From NCBI RefSeq assembly GCF_009914755.1, contig NC_060930.1: a DNA stretch of 64,000 nt, one strand, 5' to 3'. The translations under genes and the position numbers were made by a program. The notes beneath the pieces are model-generated. The model was not told where the DNA came from, searched no databases, and saw only the letters and a program-made list of their open reading frames with translations. Below are positions 1 to 13,030 of this stretch, in pieces. This stretch comes from the human T2T-CHM13v2.0 reference genome, Homo sapiens. Position 1 is the stretch's first letter, and the number at the start of each line of letters is the position of its first letter.

Positions 1-258
1 ATTATCTTAAATGAAACAAGACAAACACAGAAAGAAATATCACATGTTCTCACTCATCAGTAGGATTGAAACAATGTGTACACATAGACTAGAGTATGAA
101 ATGATAGACAATGAAAACTTGAAAGGGTAAGGGTGTGGGAGAGTGAATAAGAAATTACTTAATGGGTACAAGGTACAATATTCAGGTGATAGATACCCTA
201 AAAGCCCTGACTTCATTACTAAACAATCTTGTACTCCATAAATTTATTTTTAAAAAAA
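1..258 (+). mobile_element. LINE-1 3' end (L1PB/L1MA-type)
   Basis: CACATGTTCTCACTCAT (end of ORF2) followed by L1 3'UTR-like sequence and an A-rich tail. Confidence 0.75.
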
Positions 259-1274
259 GAGGAGTGATATAGTTAAGAAAATGTGCTTTCAGTGCCAAGC
301 AAGCAAAACCATGTTTTGCCTGTCTTTCAGATATGGCTATATTCAATTCAACCCAGTTACTGATGTTTTTCTATCTTAGGAACAAAAGATTTAATTTTAT
401 GTATTGGCAAACCGCTCTGCATGATTGTTCCTCTAAAGTTTCCATATGTGAAGTTATGACAAATAAGAACCAGGCCATGCTGGAGCAGATTAAAATGGCT
501 TGAGCAAAACATTATTATTAAATAGTGAACTGGTGACACCAATATTTCCTATGGATATAGATGTAGTCTTATGACAAGGACAACTTTCAGTATCACCAGT
601 TAAAGCTAGTTTACTACTAAACTTGGCAAACAAAATTAAAGAAACTGATTCTAGCTTCCAAGAGAAAGAAATACTCTCACCTCTTGTTTTTCTTTAAAGC
701 AGACAAATGGAAGACATTAAATACAGGTGCTTACACTATGCCTTGCCCCCAGATCAGTAAGTGTTGAAATAATTTTTTTAATTATCAAAATTTTATTCAG
801 AGAAATGTCTCATTAAGTAAATGCTTAGAAAATGACAAGGCCTTAATAGTACCTAGAATGGCTTAAGGGTATGTTTGCCTAATCCTATGTGATCTTCACA
901 TAGGCAAGTATATATATAGAGCCCCCCAAAAGGATGGAGTTGCTGTGCCAGTTATAATTCCCAAGTGTTCTGCCATTGGCATTCTAAGAATCAGCTCTGT
1001 CCAGGATGATAGTGAGTAGAAACAATGTGAGACTATTAACAAGGTTTACTCTAATGAGGGTTATGACGCATGGCCAAGGCATGTGCAGCCCTTTCCAATC
1101 TGTCGCTTGGCAGTTTGTGTTGAAGAAGTTACATGATCAGAGTTTTATGCTCATATAATGGATCCAAAGTCACCCAAAATATGTAGTAAGACGCATAGAC
1201 AAGTAGATGTCTGTCCATGGGCTTCTTGTTTTTATCTGCTATTAGTCAAGTGCATCACTCAAGGTGAAGGTCTC

Positions 1275-1485
1275 ATGTGAGGGTGATCTCACTTCAACAT
1301 CTGCCACCCACTGATCACCAGGGTTGATTCAGCTGATGTCTGGCTATGCGGGTGTCCCCTTTCTCCACTGTTCCACGTGTAGCCCTCCTCAAGTTGAAAA
1401 CTTGGTTGAAGAGTATGACCTTCCCTGATAGGAAAGGACCATTCTTTAATAAAGGTGTGCAAGTAGCTCTGCAAGCTCTCAAGGT
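1275..1485 (+). pseudogene. 7SK snRNA retropseudogene (RN7SKP-type), 3'-truncated, copy A
   Basis: ATGTGAGGGtGATCT...CCAGGGTTGATTCaGCTGAT...AAGCTCTCAAGGT is colinear with roughly the 5' 240 nt of 7SK, with CpG decay and internal deletions; no poly(A) tail. Confidence 0.92.
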
Positions 1486-1764
1486 AAAGGTGTCTCCTGC
1501 ACTGCCAGTCTTATAGTCAATCACTGCAAATAGCAAGAAGCCTAATTTCTGCGAGATTCTAAGTTGCGATCCATCTTGCCAGTTTCGTTTGTAAGCAAGG
1601 ACGTCTGCATTTAAATAAACAAAGGGCCTTGCAAACTTTTAATAACAAGAAGTTCTAGATAAGCTGAAGGAGAAATATTTTAAATTCATTTTTCTGCAGC
1701 CAATTAGGCATACATAACAGTAAATGTGACTTTAGAAATGAATTAAGTGACTACTGTATTTTAA

Positions 1765-2161
<397 letters not shown>

Positions 2162-2884
2162 CAGAATATTATTAACTTAATCACCAAATACTGAAGTCAT
2201 AGAATCAGACTAGATCTTAGCAAGACCTGATCCACTACAATAATCATAGCAAAATTACTCATCAGAAGCAAAGGATTAGATATATACATAGCAACATGGA
2301 CAGACCTTAAAAATACAGTGCTTAATGAAAACAGAAAGAAAAATGCATTCATTCATTAAAAAAATACACATTTTGCAGGAAAACATACAAATGAAAAGAT
2401 ACACACTAAAGACGTTAGAATAGTTGCCTGACAGGGAGGGAGGAAGTTGAAGAGGAGAGGAATATGGGGATAAAATGGCTAAACAAACAAACAAGACAGG
2501 AGCCCTGCATAGGCCAATGATGATAATGTACCGTAAGCAAAGAGTCTATAATTAACTCTGTACTTGAGGTCCAAACTGGTGTGTGGGGGGAGAAGAGAAG
2601 GAGAACAGACCTTATGAAAATGTAGTCTAACATGTTAATTCTCCTCCTTACTGTCATAGATTATAAATCCAGGGGCCATAGAACTATCCTTTATTTTTTC
2701 AATTTAGTGCATAATACAAATAATTTTCAAAGAGGAATGCAATAAACACTTAATTATGATGACAAAGGTGCCAGTGTATTATTCTTTTTGCCTACCCCAA
2801 AATGCTTTCTGTGTACATTCCATTTTAACTTTGTTCAGTTCACAGTGCAGCGAAAACTAGAAAATTCTGAAGAATCAAACTTAC

Positions 2885-3048
2885 CTTCAAAGCTTTCATT
2901 TATGACTCCACTGTTGTTTGCTTCATCTCTGGACTTATAAATGCTATTTAAGAAAAAATTTCTGAATAACTGAAGTTGGTCCTGAATTCTATGAAAAGTA
3001 GGTCTTTGGTCGGGTTCTTGAGCCCAGCACTGGGTCATTAAATTCCAC
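2885..3048 (-). CDS. ROS1: ROS1 exon 42 (164 nt; WNLMTQCW...NESFE, end of kinase domain)
   Basis: ttag|GTGGAA...GAAG|gtaagt; ORF 2835..3038. Confidence 0.97.
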
Positions 3049-3360
3049 CTAAATATATGGGGAAAGATGGGAAAGTAAATAGCAATTGGATATAATTACT
3101 GATAACCCAGGTAGGGTCATTTTAGAAAGGAAAGAATCTGAGTTATTGCCAGTTTTCCTTAATTAATATAAGTGAATCAAAACAAAGGCTTTGATTTCTT
3201 ATTTAAGAGTGGCTTTTAACATTACTACGTTTATTAGATAACACCTTTCTTTTGAAAAGCTGACATTATTTTAACAGTTATTATTCCAAATAAATAGATG
3301 GATAAGTAGATGGTGGGAAAATATCTACTCAACACTCAACTACTCAAGGTGAAGGTCTCC

Positions 3361-3571
3361 TGTGAGGGTGATCTGGCTTCAACATCTACCACCCATTGAT
3401 CACCAGGGTTGATTCAGCTGATGTCTGGCTATACAGGTGTCCCTTTCCTCCAGTGTTCCATGCGTAACCCTCCTGAAGTTGAAAACTTGGTTGGAGAGGA
3501 TGACCTTCCCTGATAGAAGAGGACCATTCTTTAATCAAGGGTGTTCAAGTAGCTCTCTAAGCTCTCAAGGT
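3361..3571 (+). pseudogene. 7SK snRNA retropseudogene (RN7SKP-type), 3'-truncated, copy B
   Basis: TGTGAGGGtGATCTGGCT...GATAGAaGAGGACC...AAGCTCTCAAGGT; same truncation point and flanks as copy A. Confidence 0.92.
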
Positions 3572-5149
3572 AAAGGTCTCACCTGCACTGTCAGTCTTAT
3601 AGTCAATCATAATGTATCAACACATAAAGAAACTAATAGCTATAAAAATTGTTGAAGAGGCTGACATTTAAAAGATTTACTCCATTCCACACAGATATTT
3701 AGTGACAGAACTAGAAGCAGCAATCAGATTTGATGCCAGTGTTTTACTGTTCATTATAGTCAGGTTGAGTTCCCTAGACATTCACAGCTGGTTAATTAAA
3801 CATTATCTTTTCCTTAATGGTTGTCCAAGAAATATCTGTGCAGCACTCTTAAGTAGTATTCATTCATTCACTCAGCAAAGATGTTGGACACTTGTTTTAT
3901 ACCAGCAGTATATCAGGAGCTAGGGACATGGCCATGTGACTCTTGTCCTCATAGATGATATGTATAGTAATTATAAGAGAAAGGCAAAATTCATCACACC
4001 TCAACTCATATAAGCAGAAAAATTGTAAGTATTTTATATTGTTTATAATTAACTAGGTCTTTTTCAGAGTCCCTACCTAGCATAAGAAAAGAAACTTCAT
4101 TTAGTACAATGTTGTTTATAACTTAGTCCCACTATTTTAAACAATCTTTTTAAGTAATATTCAGTCTTTTCTGGATAATAACCCAACCTCTCTTATTTTC
4201 AGGCCATCCCCACTCCCTCTGCCTTCCTTTCTAAGGTAGTGTCAGGATATATGTTGAGTACGAGGCTTATGTGACTTCTAGAGGCATGGTGAAGAATCCT
4301 TTGAACCCCACTGTGCCCTCCATATCTTTGATAGTCTCAGTGGCTAATCCAGAATTCAATAAGGAGTGACTTATCTGATCCAGCCTAGGCATCAGCCCCT
4401 ATTGGCAATCTGTGAATTATTTACCTATTCTTTTGACGCTTCCCCACTACAGTGGTCCAAACTTGTCTATCTCTAGCTGTAGGATTCTTAGATGCTATCA
4501 AGCCCTGTAGATGCTCTCAAGGCCCAGGGAATCCATTCCTGTTTCTGCTGTAGGCCCACAGGGTGCTACTTGGCAGAATCTCTAGCTCTCAACAAAATGT
4601 TCACCCAATATAGGAAACAAAGGAAGTTTGGAAGCATAAGCTAGACCTTTCTGTCTGGACAAGTCATTCTACCTTCTTGACAATGCTGGGTCTCCCATGT
4701 CAAAGTGAGGGTCCTCCACTCAATGATCTCTTTGTAATTCTCCCAAACTAGGGGTGACTGAGCAGTTGGCTTTGGTGGTACCCATCTCTTCTAATTGAAG
4801 CCTACAGAGGAGGTTTCCAAACCCAGATATCCAGTATCTTCACCCTCCCGCCTCTATCAAGTTCTCTTCTTTCTTCACTTCCCCAGGGCTTGGAAGGAAT
4901 GAGGGCTCTATTCACTGCCTTTTTTAATTTGACTATCCTTATATAAAATTGTATGTTTTTACACAGACAATTAAAATCTAGTACTTAAAACATTAACAAG
5001 GAGCTAAAGGACTGTAGATGCTCTCTATATTCCAAGCCTGGTTTTCAAGCCTACTGACTTATTATAAACAAGTACTTGCTCTCATTTTTTACTTTCTGGA
5101 GCTATATGGCAGATCAGGATCAGGGAGAGAGAACTGATAAAGAAACAGA

Positions 5150-5750
5150 TTGGGAGGTACTTAAAATATTAGTACTACTATATGAACAAATATACAATCA
5201 CAAATTATAAGTTCTTTGCAAAGTTATAAAGAAAACAAACACGAGTTCTAATAGACATGAAACAGTTTTGGAAAGTTGCTTACAGAAGGCCCCTCTCCAG
5301 AGGTGACATTTAAGCCAAAGAACTTTGTAAGAAAATAAGATACTACTCATGGGAATAGGGTGTGGATGGGAGTCAGGGAACTACAAGTGGGGAAAGCATG
5401 TGTAAAGTCCTAAATTTGGAAAGAGCTTGGCACATTTTAGAACCTGAAAGAAAGCCAGTGTCACTGAAGTGTGGTCATTGAGGGGAAAGGATGAGATGAG
5501 ATCAGAGGAGGGAAGCGAGATCATGCAGGTCTCACAGGGCAGGCAAGGAGTTGGATTTTACAACACTACAAGGGGAAGCTTTTCAAGATTTTTAAGCGGA
5601 CATAATCTTTACATTTTTTAAGGATTATTCTAGCAGATATGTGGACTATAAATTATAAAGGGGCAGGTTGGAAACTATTAAAGAAGACTAGATGAGAGAT
5701 AATGATGGTGTGGACTGAGGTAATGCCTGTGGAGCTAGAACAAGATTATA
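5150..5750 (-). mobile_element. L2 fragment (related 3'-end piece near 3858-3960)
   Basis: Degenerate L2-like text (GAGGTGACATTTAAG, GATCATGCAGGTC, ATTCATTCATTCA); boundaries approximate. Confidence 0.55.
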
Positions 5751-6376
5751 ATCACTAGGTAACGATGGCCCAGAAATCATTATAGGTATTGTATTTAAAA
5801 TAGCTAGTATCCATTTGGGGAATTATAATGCAATCTCCATTCCATTATAATATGGCATACAAACTCCACTTCCATTTATTTCGTTTCCTAACAAGCACCT
5901 CAGGTCAGAGTTGGTACACCATATCAGAATAAATGGTATCAAGGAAAACCAATATTGGACTGTTTCAATGTATTGATCTGATGACTTCACATGTATTACA
6001 AGCAATTTACATAATGGGTATACAGTGCCAAGCTTGGCTCTATTTTTTAAAATTAGAATCATATCTGAGAAATAACCAAAAGACAACCTAATCTTTTACA
6101 TAGTTCTCTATAACCTGTGCCATTTAGAAATGGGGATGATACAAAGATGTCAATGAAGGATCATTAGCCTTTGAAATGAGATATTATAATCGATGTCAGA
6201 TCACAGAATTTAAAAAATAAAGTAGAGTTTTGATGATTAATCTAACAGTTGTCCTCAGAGTTGAGAGGAAAAAGTGAAGCATTTTATTTTTGAAAATAAA
6301 GCTGTGATTCAAAAATATTGCCAAGGCATAGAGAGAATCTCTCAAGGTTGGTCATATTTCAGTTAGGAGGTTTTTA

Positions 6377-7130
6377 CAGTTGTCCCTCCTTATCAGTTTT
6401 GCTTTCTATGGTTTCAGTTAGTTGAGGTTAACCATGGTCCAAAAATATTTAAAGGAAAATTCCAGAAATGAACAGTTCATAAGTTTTAAATTGTATGCCA
6501 TTCTGAGTAGTGTAATGAAACATGAAACTGAGACATGAAACTATCCCTTTGTCCAGCATATCTATGCTGTATATGCTACCTACCCATTAGTTGACTAGGT
6601 TGTCAGATCAAGAAAACATAGTGTATATAAGGTTGGGTATTGATACGATTTGGCCCTGCGTCCCCACCCAAATCTCATGTAGAATTGTATCACCAGTGTT
6701 GGAGGAGGGGCCTGGTGGGAGGTGACTGAATCATGGGGGCAGATTTCCACCTTGCTGCTTTGGTGATAAGAGTTCTTATGAGATCTGGTTGTTTAAAAGT
6801 GTAGCACCTCCTTGTTTCTTCCTCTTGCTCCCTCTTTGCCTCCTGTTCTGGCCATGGGAAAGACTGTGCCTGCTTCCCCTTCACCCTCTGCCATGATTGT
6901 AAGCTTCCTGAGGCCTCCTGAGCCGTGCTTCCTGTAGAGCCTGTGGAACCATGAGCCAATTAAACCTCTTTTCTTTATAAATTACCCAGGTTCTTTATAA
7001 ATTACCCAGCTTCTTTATAAGTTACCAGTTCCTGATAGTAGTGTGAGAATGAACTAATACAGGTATTATTCTTGGCTTCAGGCATCCACTGGGGGCCTTG
7101 GAACATATCTCCCACAAAAAAGGGCTATTG
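6377..7130. mobile_element. MER44/Tigger7-type DNA transposon split by an MST LTR
   Basis: CAGTtGTCCCtCCTTATC... start and ...CAGGCATCCACTGGGGGcCTTGGAAC end. Confidence 0.7.
6641..7061 (+). mobile_element. MSTA/MSTB-type (ERVL-MaLR) solo LTR
   Basis: TGATAcGaTTTGG...CCCCACCCAAATCTCA start, ...ACTAATACA end, 5-bp TSD GGTAT (6636-6640 and 7062-7066). Confidence 0.88.
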
Positions 7131-10100
7131 CCATACTTACTTATAACCTGCTTTATTCTGCAAAAAAATCAAGATACTTAGTGAGATTATTTAGAAGGAG
7201 AGAAAGAAAAAGAAGAAGGAAGAGGAGGCCCGGGAAGAGGAAGGTGGGGGAAAAAGAAACCATCCTTACAGCTGCCACTTAGCCACTTGCACATCACTCA
7301 CTCATTCTACCTCCAAAAGTTCAGCCTCTTGTTTAATCTATAAAATCCACTTAAGCAGAAATTAGAAATTCCTATTTTTTTCAATTATGGAGGCTTAAAT
7401 TTACATTTAATCCAATCATTACTCTGTACTTAATTTTCTGATGACAAACACATTTGACCTGTTAATATATAAACCCTTTCTGTTCCACCATGTAGGGACA
7501 AATGAGGACTAAGAAAAGAGGAGCTATATAAGCAACAGTCATCTAAAAGTAAAGAATAAAACTTCGGTTCTCAAATAGCAATAAACTGGCAATGGAATGA
7601 AATGAAGAGGCTTTTAATAATCCTAAATGTATTTCTTATATCTTGTAAGTAAATTAACAATGAAAACTATAGTCTTGGCATGGAGGATCTTCCCTTACAA
7701 ATATGTCCTTGTCACCATTCTATATCATGCAGTGTATACTCGCACCAAGTTATAGTTACAAATATTCAAACATATTACTCTAAACAAATTTGCAGGTCCT
7801 TCAAGTTTGTTAAAATTTACCTGGGCTGGTTGTTTTGGCTCCAGAAAAATACTCATTATACTTGAAGTATCTCATTTGGCTAAGTAGAGGTTCCAATTCC
7901 TCCACTCACCATGCAAACTCTTTACAACTCTTCTCCTCAAGTTTTTTTTTTTTTTTTTTTCAAAATAGCACAGGACTCATTAGCTATATCCAATGTTAGC
8001 CTCTATGCATATTAAAGACTTTGAATTCACAAAGCAATTGAACTTCAATACATGAAAACGTCATAGTATTTTTCAGTATTAAAGGGAAAAGTTTCTACAG
8101 GTATTTAAACAAAGTACATAAAATACAGCCTTCAAGATTTTCCTTACTTATTATACCTAATCCTGGAGAGATCCGATTAGTATCTAGGTGTACATATTTT
8201 TTTAAGATGTAAAAATAACATGGTGAACCTCTGTGTTCTCCCACGGTTGCCTCCCACACCTGAGGGACTCTCCAGTAATTCCAGTTGCCACTGTGATATA
8301 TCTGTTATAAAACCCCAGAAAGCTCTCACTTGAAGTAGATTGCCCTTTGATCCCATTTCTTCTCAGGAGTGGTGTGGTTGTTGTGCAAACTAAAAACTGA
8401 AGAGAATCCTGATGGCTGGGCTTTCTATCGTACATCTCAGGCTATGGAGAGAAGGGCAGGAATGCTCTGAACCTGGCATTCCATTAATAGCTGAGTACAG
8501 CATAGCTATCTATGGGCTCACCTGACCTGGAGTGCATCCAGGTGCTGAGTATTTAAGCAGTAAATGGAAGGTGTAGCAGGGCTCAGTGCAGACTTTCAAA
8601 CCCCTAAGCTGGGCCTGTGATCTCAGAAAACTGCTTCAAATAAATATCAGTTCCCTCTGTACTCTAAGGAGAGTAGTTAATCTTTATCATGACAACTTAA
8701 GGCCATGGCCAGATTGAATGGTATTGCTGAGATCTCCATTTCCTAGCCCAGCTTGTTTTCCTGGTTGGCAACGGATCTTTAACCCTTCCCAGGGCTTGTT
8801 AGAGTCCTGCAGCACTTGGAGGGCTTGATGCATGGCTTATTTTTATTAATGATGTTCAAATGAACTTCAAAACCACCAATGGAAAATTTTCATTTCAAAT
8901 AAACTATATTTTTATTAAAACAATGGCAATCCAATCAATAAATTATTCAAGATAAAACTGTATAGAATATTATATTTTTCCACTCATAATCAGGAATACT
9001 TTTCTAGCACTGCTCCTTCCTCCTTCTAGTTGCATTTTTTATACCTTTAGATAGAGCAAAGTTCAACTTGTCTACCTTTTTCTGCTCCACAATACAGCAA
9101 TTTGTTATTAACCCCCCTGCCCCAAACAAAATAATCAAACACATCAGTCAAAACTGATAGTTTAGTGATCAATTTCAAAGCTGCCTATCCAAAAATATTG
9201 CATGATTGTGACGAGGCACGTTAACCCTTGGGGAGAGAGTGGCATAAGCCAGATAACATTCTAACAGCACAAGGAAAATTTTGTGCAACTGAAATTCTGG
9301 CAAAAATTTCTGAGTGTTTGACAGAGGTGTAAGAGATGCAAAACAGTGATTAGTTTGTAAATATTTAATTAAAATTTATTTTGTATTTAGGTATCCTGGG
9401 CTTTTTTCTTAAACCCTACATGAAAGGTTTTCAAATTTTGTATAATTTCTTATCCTTAATTTATATAATTTTTCCCCATTTCCCCCCAAAATGATTATGA
9501 ATCATTTTTTATGCACTACTATCAAATTTGGTCAGATGTGTGTGTATCTGATCTCCCTGTAAACATCGCAGAGACTATTAAGTTAAATCAGAAACAAGCG
9601 GTAATTCCAATCTTCTTCTAGCTGGAAGATTTAAATAATACAAAAACATTCACCAGTAGAACATCTAACCAAGGTGCCCAGCTCTTAATCATCTTTTGGC
9701 TCAAGTCTGAATAATCCTCTAAATAACACAGCATAGTCAAGGCAGTACAACCATGGTGTGCATCCGCATACTGCTAATTCCTTTTGCACTTGCCTGTACC
9801 ACACAGTTTAGCACTTTATTACATGTTGGCTTGGCATCCAACTGCTCTCTGTGGGTGTCTTTTCATTCAAAACACATTCTGAGATGCTGAAGAGCTGTGT
9901 CCCTGGTTTAAACACCTCTGTAATCCATACAATCCTTGGCATGCTATGGTGCACATGGAGAGTTCATACTTATTTGCTCTTTTAGGAACTTCTTGGGTAA
10001 GACAATTCTTGGAAAAAGTTGTCAAGACTTAATATTTCTGCTGATACTTTCCACAAGGAGGCAGATTAATACTCAGAATAAAAACCTTTTTCCTTATAAT

Positions 10101-10704
10101 TTGACTAAAATTCACTCACTCTTCTGAGAAATCACTATTGGAATTCAATAATGGCCAGGATTCGCTAAAGTTACAATACTTAGTCATTTTTTGTTATGTT
10201 CATAAACAGGTCACAACCTGTATAATTTTTAGTAATACTATTTCTTATTAGTCAATGTCAGCTATATCAACAAAGGGAATCCAACTTTTTAACAATATAT
10301 TCCCATTTAGTATAATATTTTAATATGTAGATTAAGATACTAGTCAAATCATATCTCCCAAAATAAAAGGCATATGTGTGTGTATACTCTCTCTCTCACA
10401 CACACACACATACACTCGGAGTGCTTTTATTAGAATTCACTTAACCAGAAGTATTTTACTTAACCAGAAGTATTTTACTCTCCAAAATTTTGTTTCTCAG
10501 TGAAATATCATGTGTATATACAATTAAAAAGAAGCCATAATATATTCACAAATTGACACAATGAATTGATATTTTATGTGGGGTATACAATATTTAAGTT
10601 CCAGTTCTTATTTTAACAATTTAACAAACTATATCAAGAGGCCTAAGATTGTATGTGCACATGTTTTTGTTTGGGGGATACATATGTTAACATAATTAAC
10701 TTAC

Positions 10705-10839
10705 AGATCATCAGGACAATTTCTTGGTGGCTCCAGTCTCCCTCCTGTTTGCACATAGTTTAACACATCAAGGTTGGAATGAGCTGGATAAGGCTGATGA
10801 CCAAGAGTTAAAATCTCCCAAATCAGAATTCCAAAAGAC
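10705..10839 (-). CDS. ROS1: ROS1 exon 41 (135 nt; SFGILIWE...CPDDL)
   Basis: ttag|GTCTTT...GATCT|gtaagt. Confidence 0.96.
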
Positions 10840-11066
10840 CTAAGAATAGTAGAGGGTTTGCTTTAATTATACTTATTACAAACACCAGGTTTACAGTAGT
10901 TTCTCCAACAACATTTTTCCTGGGGCTAGCAGGGTCTACTTTGTCAGTGTATTATTGGCCTCATAAAAGGCAAACGGCAGATATAAAAGCAGGCTGACAA
11001 GAAAAAGTAGAACAAGACACTGCGTATGAGCAAATACTTCAAAGGTGATAGGAAGGCTTGGAGGAG

Positions 11067-11232
11067 GCACACATGTGCACACACAGAGACAGACTCATAT
11101 GCATGCTCACATGCATGCACATCCACGCACATATACACATATGCACACACAGAAACAGACACACATGCACATGCATGCACACACAGAAACACGTGCACAC
11201 ACATACATGCATATATACATGTATACACACAA
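11067..11232. repeat. Degenerate (CA)n/(CATG)n alternating purine-pyrimidine tract
   Basis: Direct reading; explains the cluster of spurious H/T/M/C-rich ORFs. Confidence 0.9.
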
Positions 11233-11991
11233 CTCATACTCTGTTTCTCTCCCTGACTGAATCCCCACTGTAGGCCTCCATTATCTAAGAATTTCAGAGC
11301 ATTGACATGCAGACACACCAAAGGGTGAGCACAAAAACATTTCAGCATTTTCCTCCCAAGTTTGCAGGGGATAAAGTGCCAGTAAACATTGAGAGGGAAG
11401 GCATGAATAAAAATTGGCAGCACTGAGAAATTTTATCTCATTCGTAATTTTGCCTAGGGCCAGCCCAACTTAAAAGTCATTGAACAAACTTTTACATTTT
11501 GAGCTGTTCTATTCAAAAGTTGGAGTCAACAAACAAAAATAAGGGGCATCATTCAAATAATAAAGGGATGTCCAAATCTCCCCAGTGTCCTAATCTTTTA
11601 GGATACTTTTAAATCCATGATTTAAAGTTTACTGATAAATTAATGACCAAACATTCCCAAATAGTAGGTATTTGGGCACACACTTGGACATTAATTCCTA
11701 AGTACCAATTCCTATTAGTCATAGGCTTTTACATCTTTGGAATGTAATAAAATATTTGAATGAAATGTATCTATTTCATAACAAAACTGATTCAGGGAGG
11801 AGCATAAACTGCTGAGACCCAGGAATAGTACCACCTTGACCACCAACTCTCACTTTAGCTTGAGGCAAATCACTTAATCTCTCTGGTCTTCTGTTTTCTC
11901 ACATTAAAAAAGCAAGATTAGATGTCCTTTTAAAATCCCCTCTAATGTTTGATGATTCTGTCAGCATTACTCTGTGTCCCGTTAAACTTAC

Positions 11992-12192
11992 CATACATCA
12001 GATTGAGTAGTGAAGATTCCATCCATCAAACTTTCTGGAGCCATCCACCGAACTGGGAGCAGGCCTTCCCCTCTCTTTCTATAGTAATCATTTTTATAGA
12101 TGTCTCTGGCGAGTCCAAAGTCTCCAATCTTCACTATCCGTGGACTGGTATAGTCTTTCACGGAAACAAGGCAATTTCGAGCTGCCAGATCC
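11992..12192 (-). CDS. ROS1: ROS1 exon 40 (201 nt; DLAARN...[15 protein letters not shown]...WMAPES...SDVW)
   Basis: acag|GGATCT...TATG|gtaagt; catalytic and activation loops. Confidence 0.97.
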
Positions 12193-12291
12193 CTGTGGCA
12201 GAAGTTATATTTAATAATAATAATAATAACAACAATAAAGTTCCAGAAATCAAAGAAGTAGCCCTAGTAGGTCTGTAAAGAAGAGAAACTA

Positions 12292-12797
12292 TTTTTTTTT
12301 TTTTTTTACTTTAAGTTCTGGATTACATGTGCTGAACATGAAGTTTGTTACATAGGTATACATGTGCCATGGTGGTTTGCTGCACCTATCAACCTGTCAT
12401 CTAGATTTTAAGCCCCGCCTGCATTAGGTATTTCTCCTAATGCTCTCCCTTCCCTTGCCCCCAACCCCAGACAGGCCCTGGTGTATGATGTTCCCCTCCC
12501 TGTGTCCATGTGTTCTCATTGTTCAACTCCCACTTATGAGTGAGAACCTGCTTTGGTTTTCTGTTCCTGTGTTAGTTTGCTGAGGATAATGGTTTCCAGC
12601 TTCATCCATGTTCCCTCAAAGGACATGAACTCATTCTTTTTTATGGCTGCATAGTATTTCATGGTGTATATGTGCCACATTTTCTTTACCCAGTCTATCA
12701 TCGATGGGCATTTGCGTTGGTTCCAAGTCTTTGCTATTGAAAATAGTGATGCAATAAACATACATGTGCATGTGTCTTTACAGTAGAATGATTTATA
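12292..12797 (-). mobile_element. 5'-truncated L1PA 3' end in intron 39
   Basis: Poly-T, L1PA 3'UTR and ORF2 C-terminus (KDTCTCMFIA...MKLETIILSKL in ORF 12534..12989). Confidence 0.92.
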
Positions 12798-12932
12798 AGA
12801 GAGACTTTTAATAGAAATTATTGCTAGTTTGAAGGAATTAAAATGTTTAATTATCTTGTGTGCTTTACCTGCACTACAGGTGATTATTGTGCCAATATCC
12901 GTAATAACCCTGTATCCAGAAGAGAATTGTAC

Positions 12933-13030
12933 CTGTGAATGAAATGCATCCGTTCCAAGTAGACACAGCCTTTTGAAATATCTACACACAGGTCTACAAG
13001 GTCAACCAAGGTGAGTAAAGGACCATAAAA
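12933..13030 (-). CDS. ROS1: ROS1 exon 39 (98 nt; FYGPLLTL...HFIHR)
   Basis: acag|TTTTAT...ACAG|gtacaa. Confidence 0.96.

Noticed and set aside
5351-5378. G-quadruplex motif GGG-AATA-GGG-TGTGGAT-GGG-AGTCA-GGG
   Set aside because: A single long-loop motif inside an L2 remnant. These are common genome-wide and nothing here supports function.
10944-11423. Overlapping 63-159-aa ORFs rich in H/T/M/C/V
   Set aside because: Artefacts of the stop-poor CA/TG low-complexity tract.
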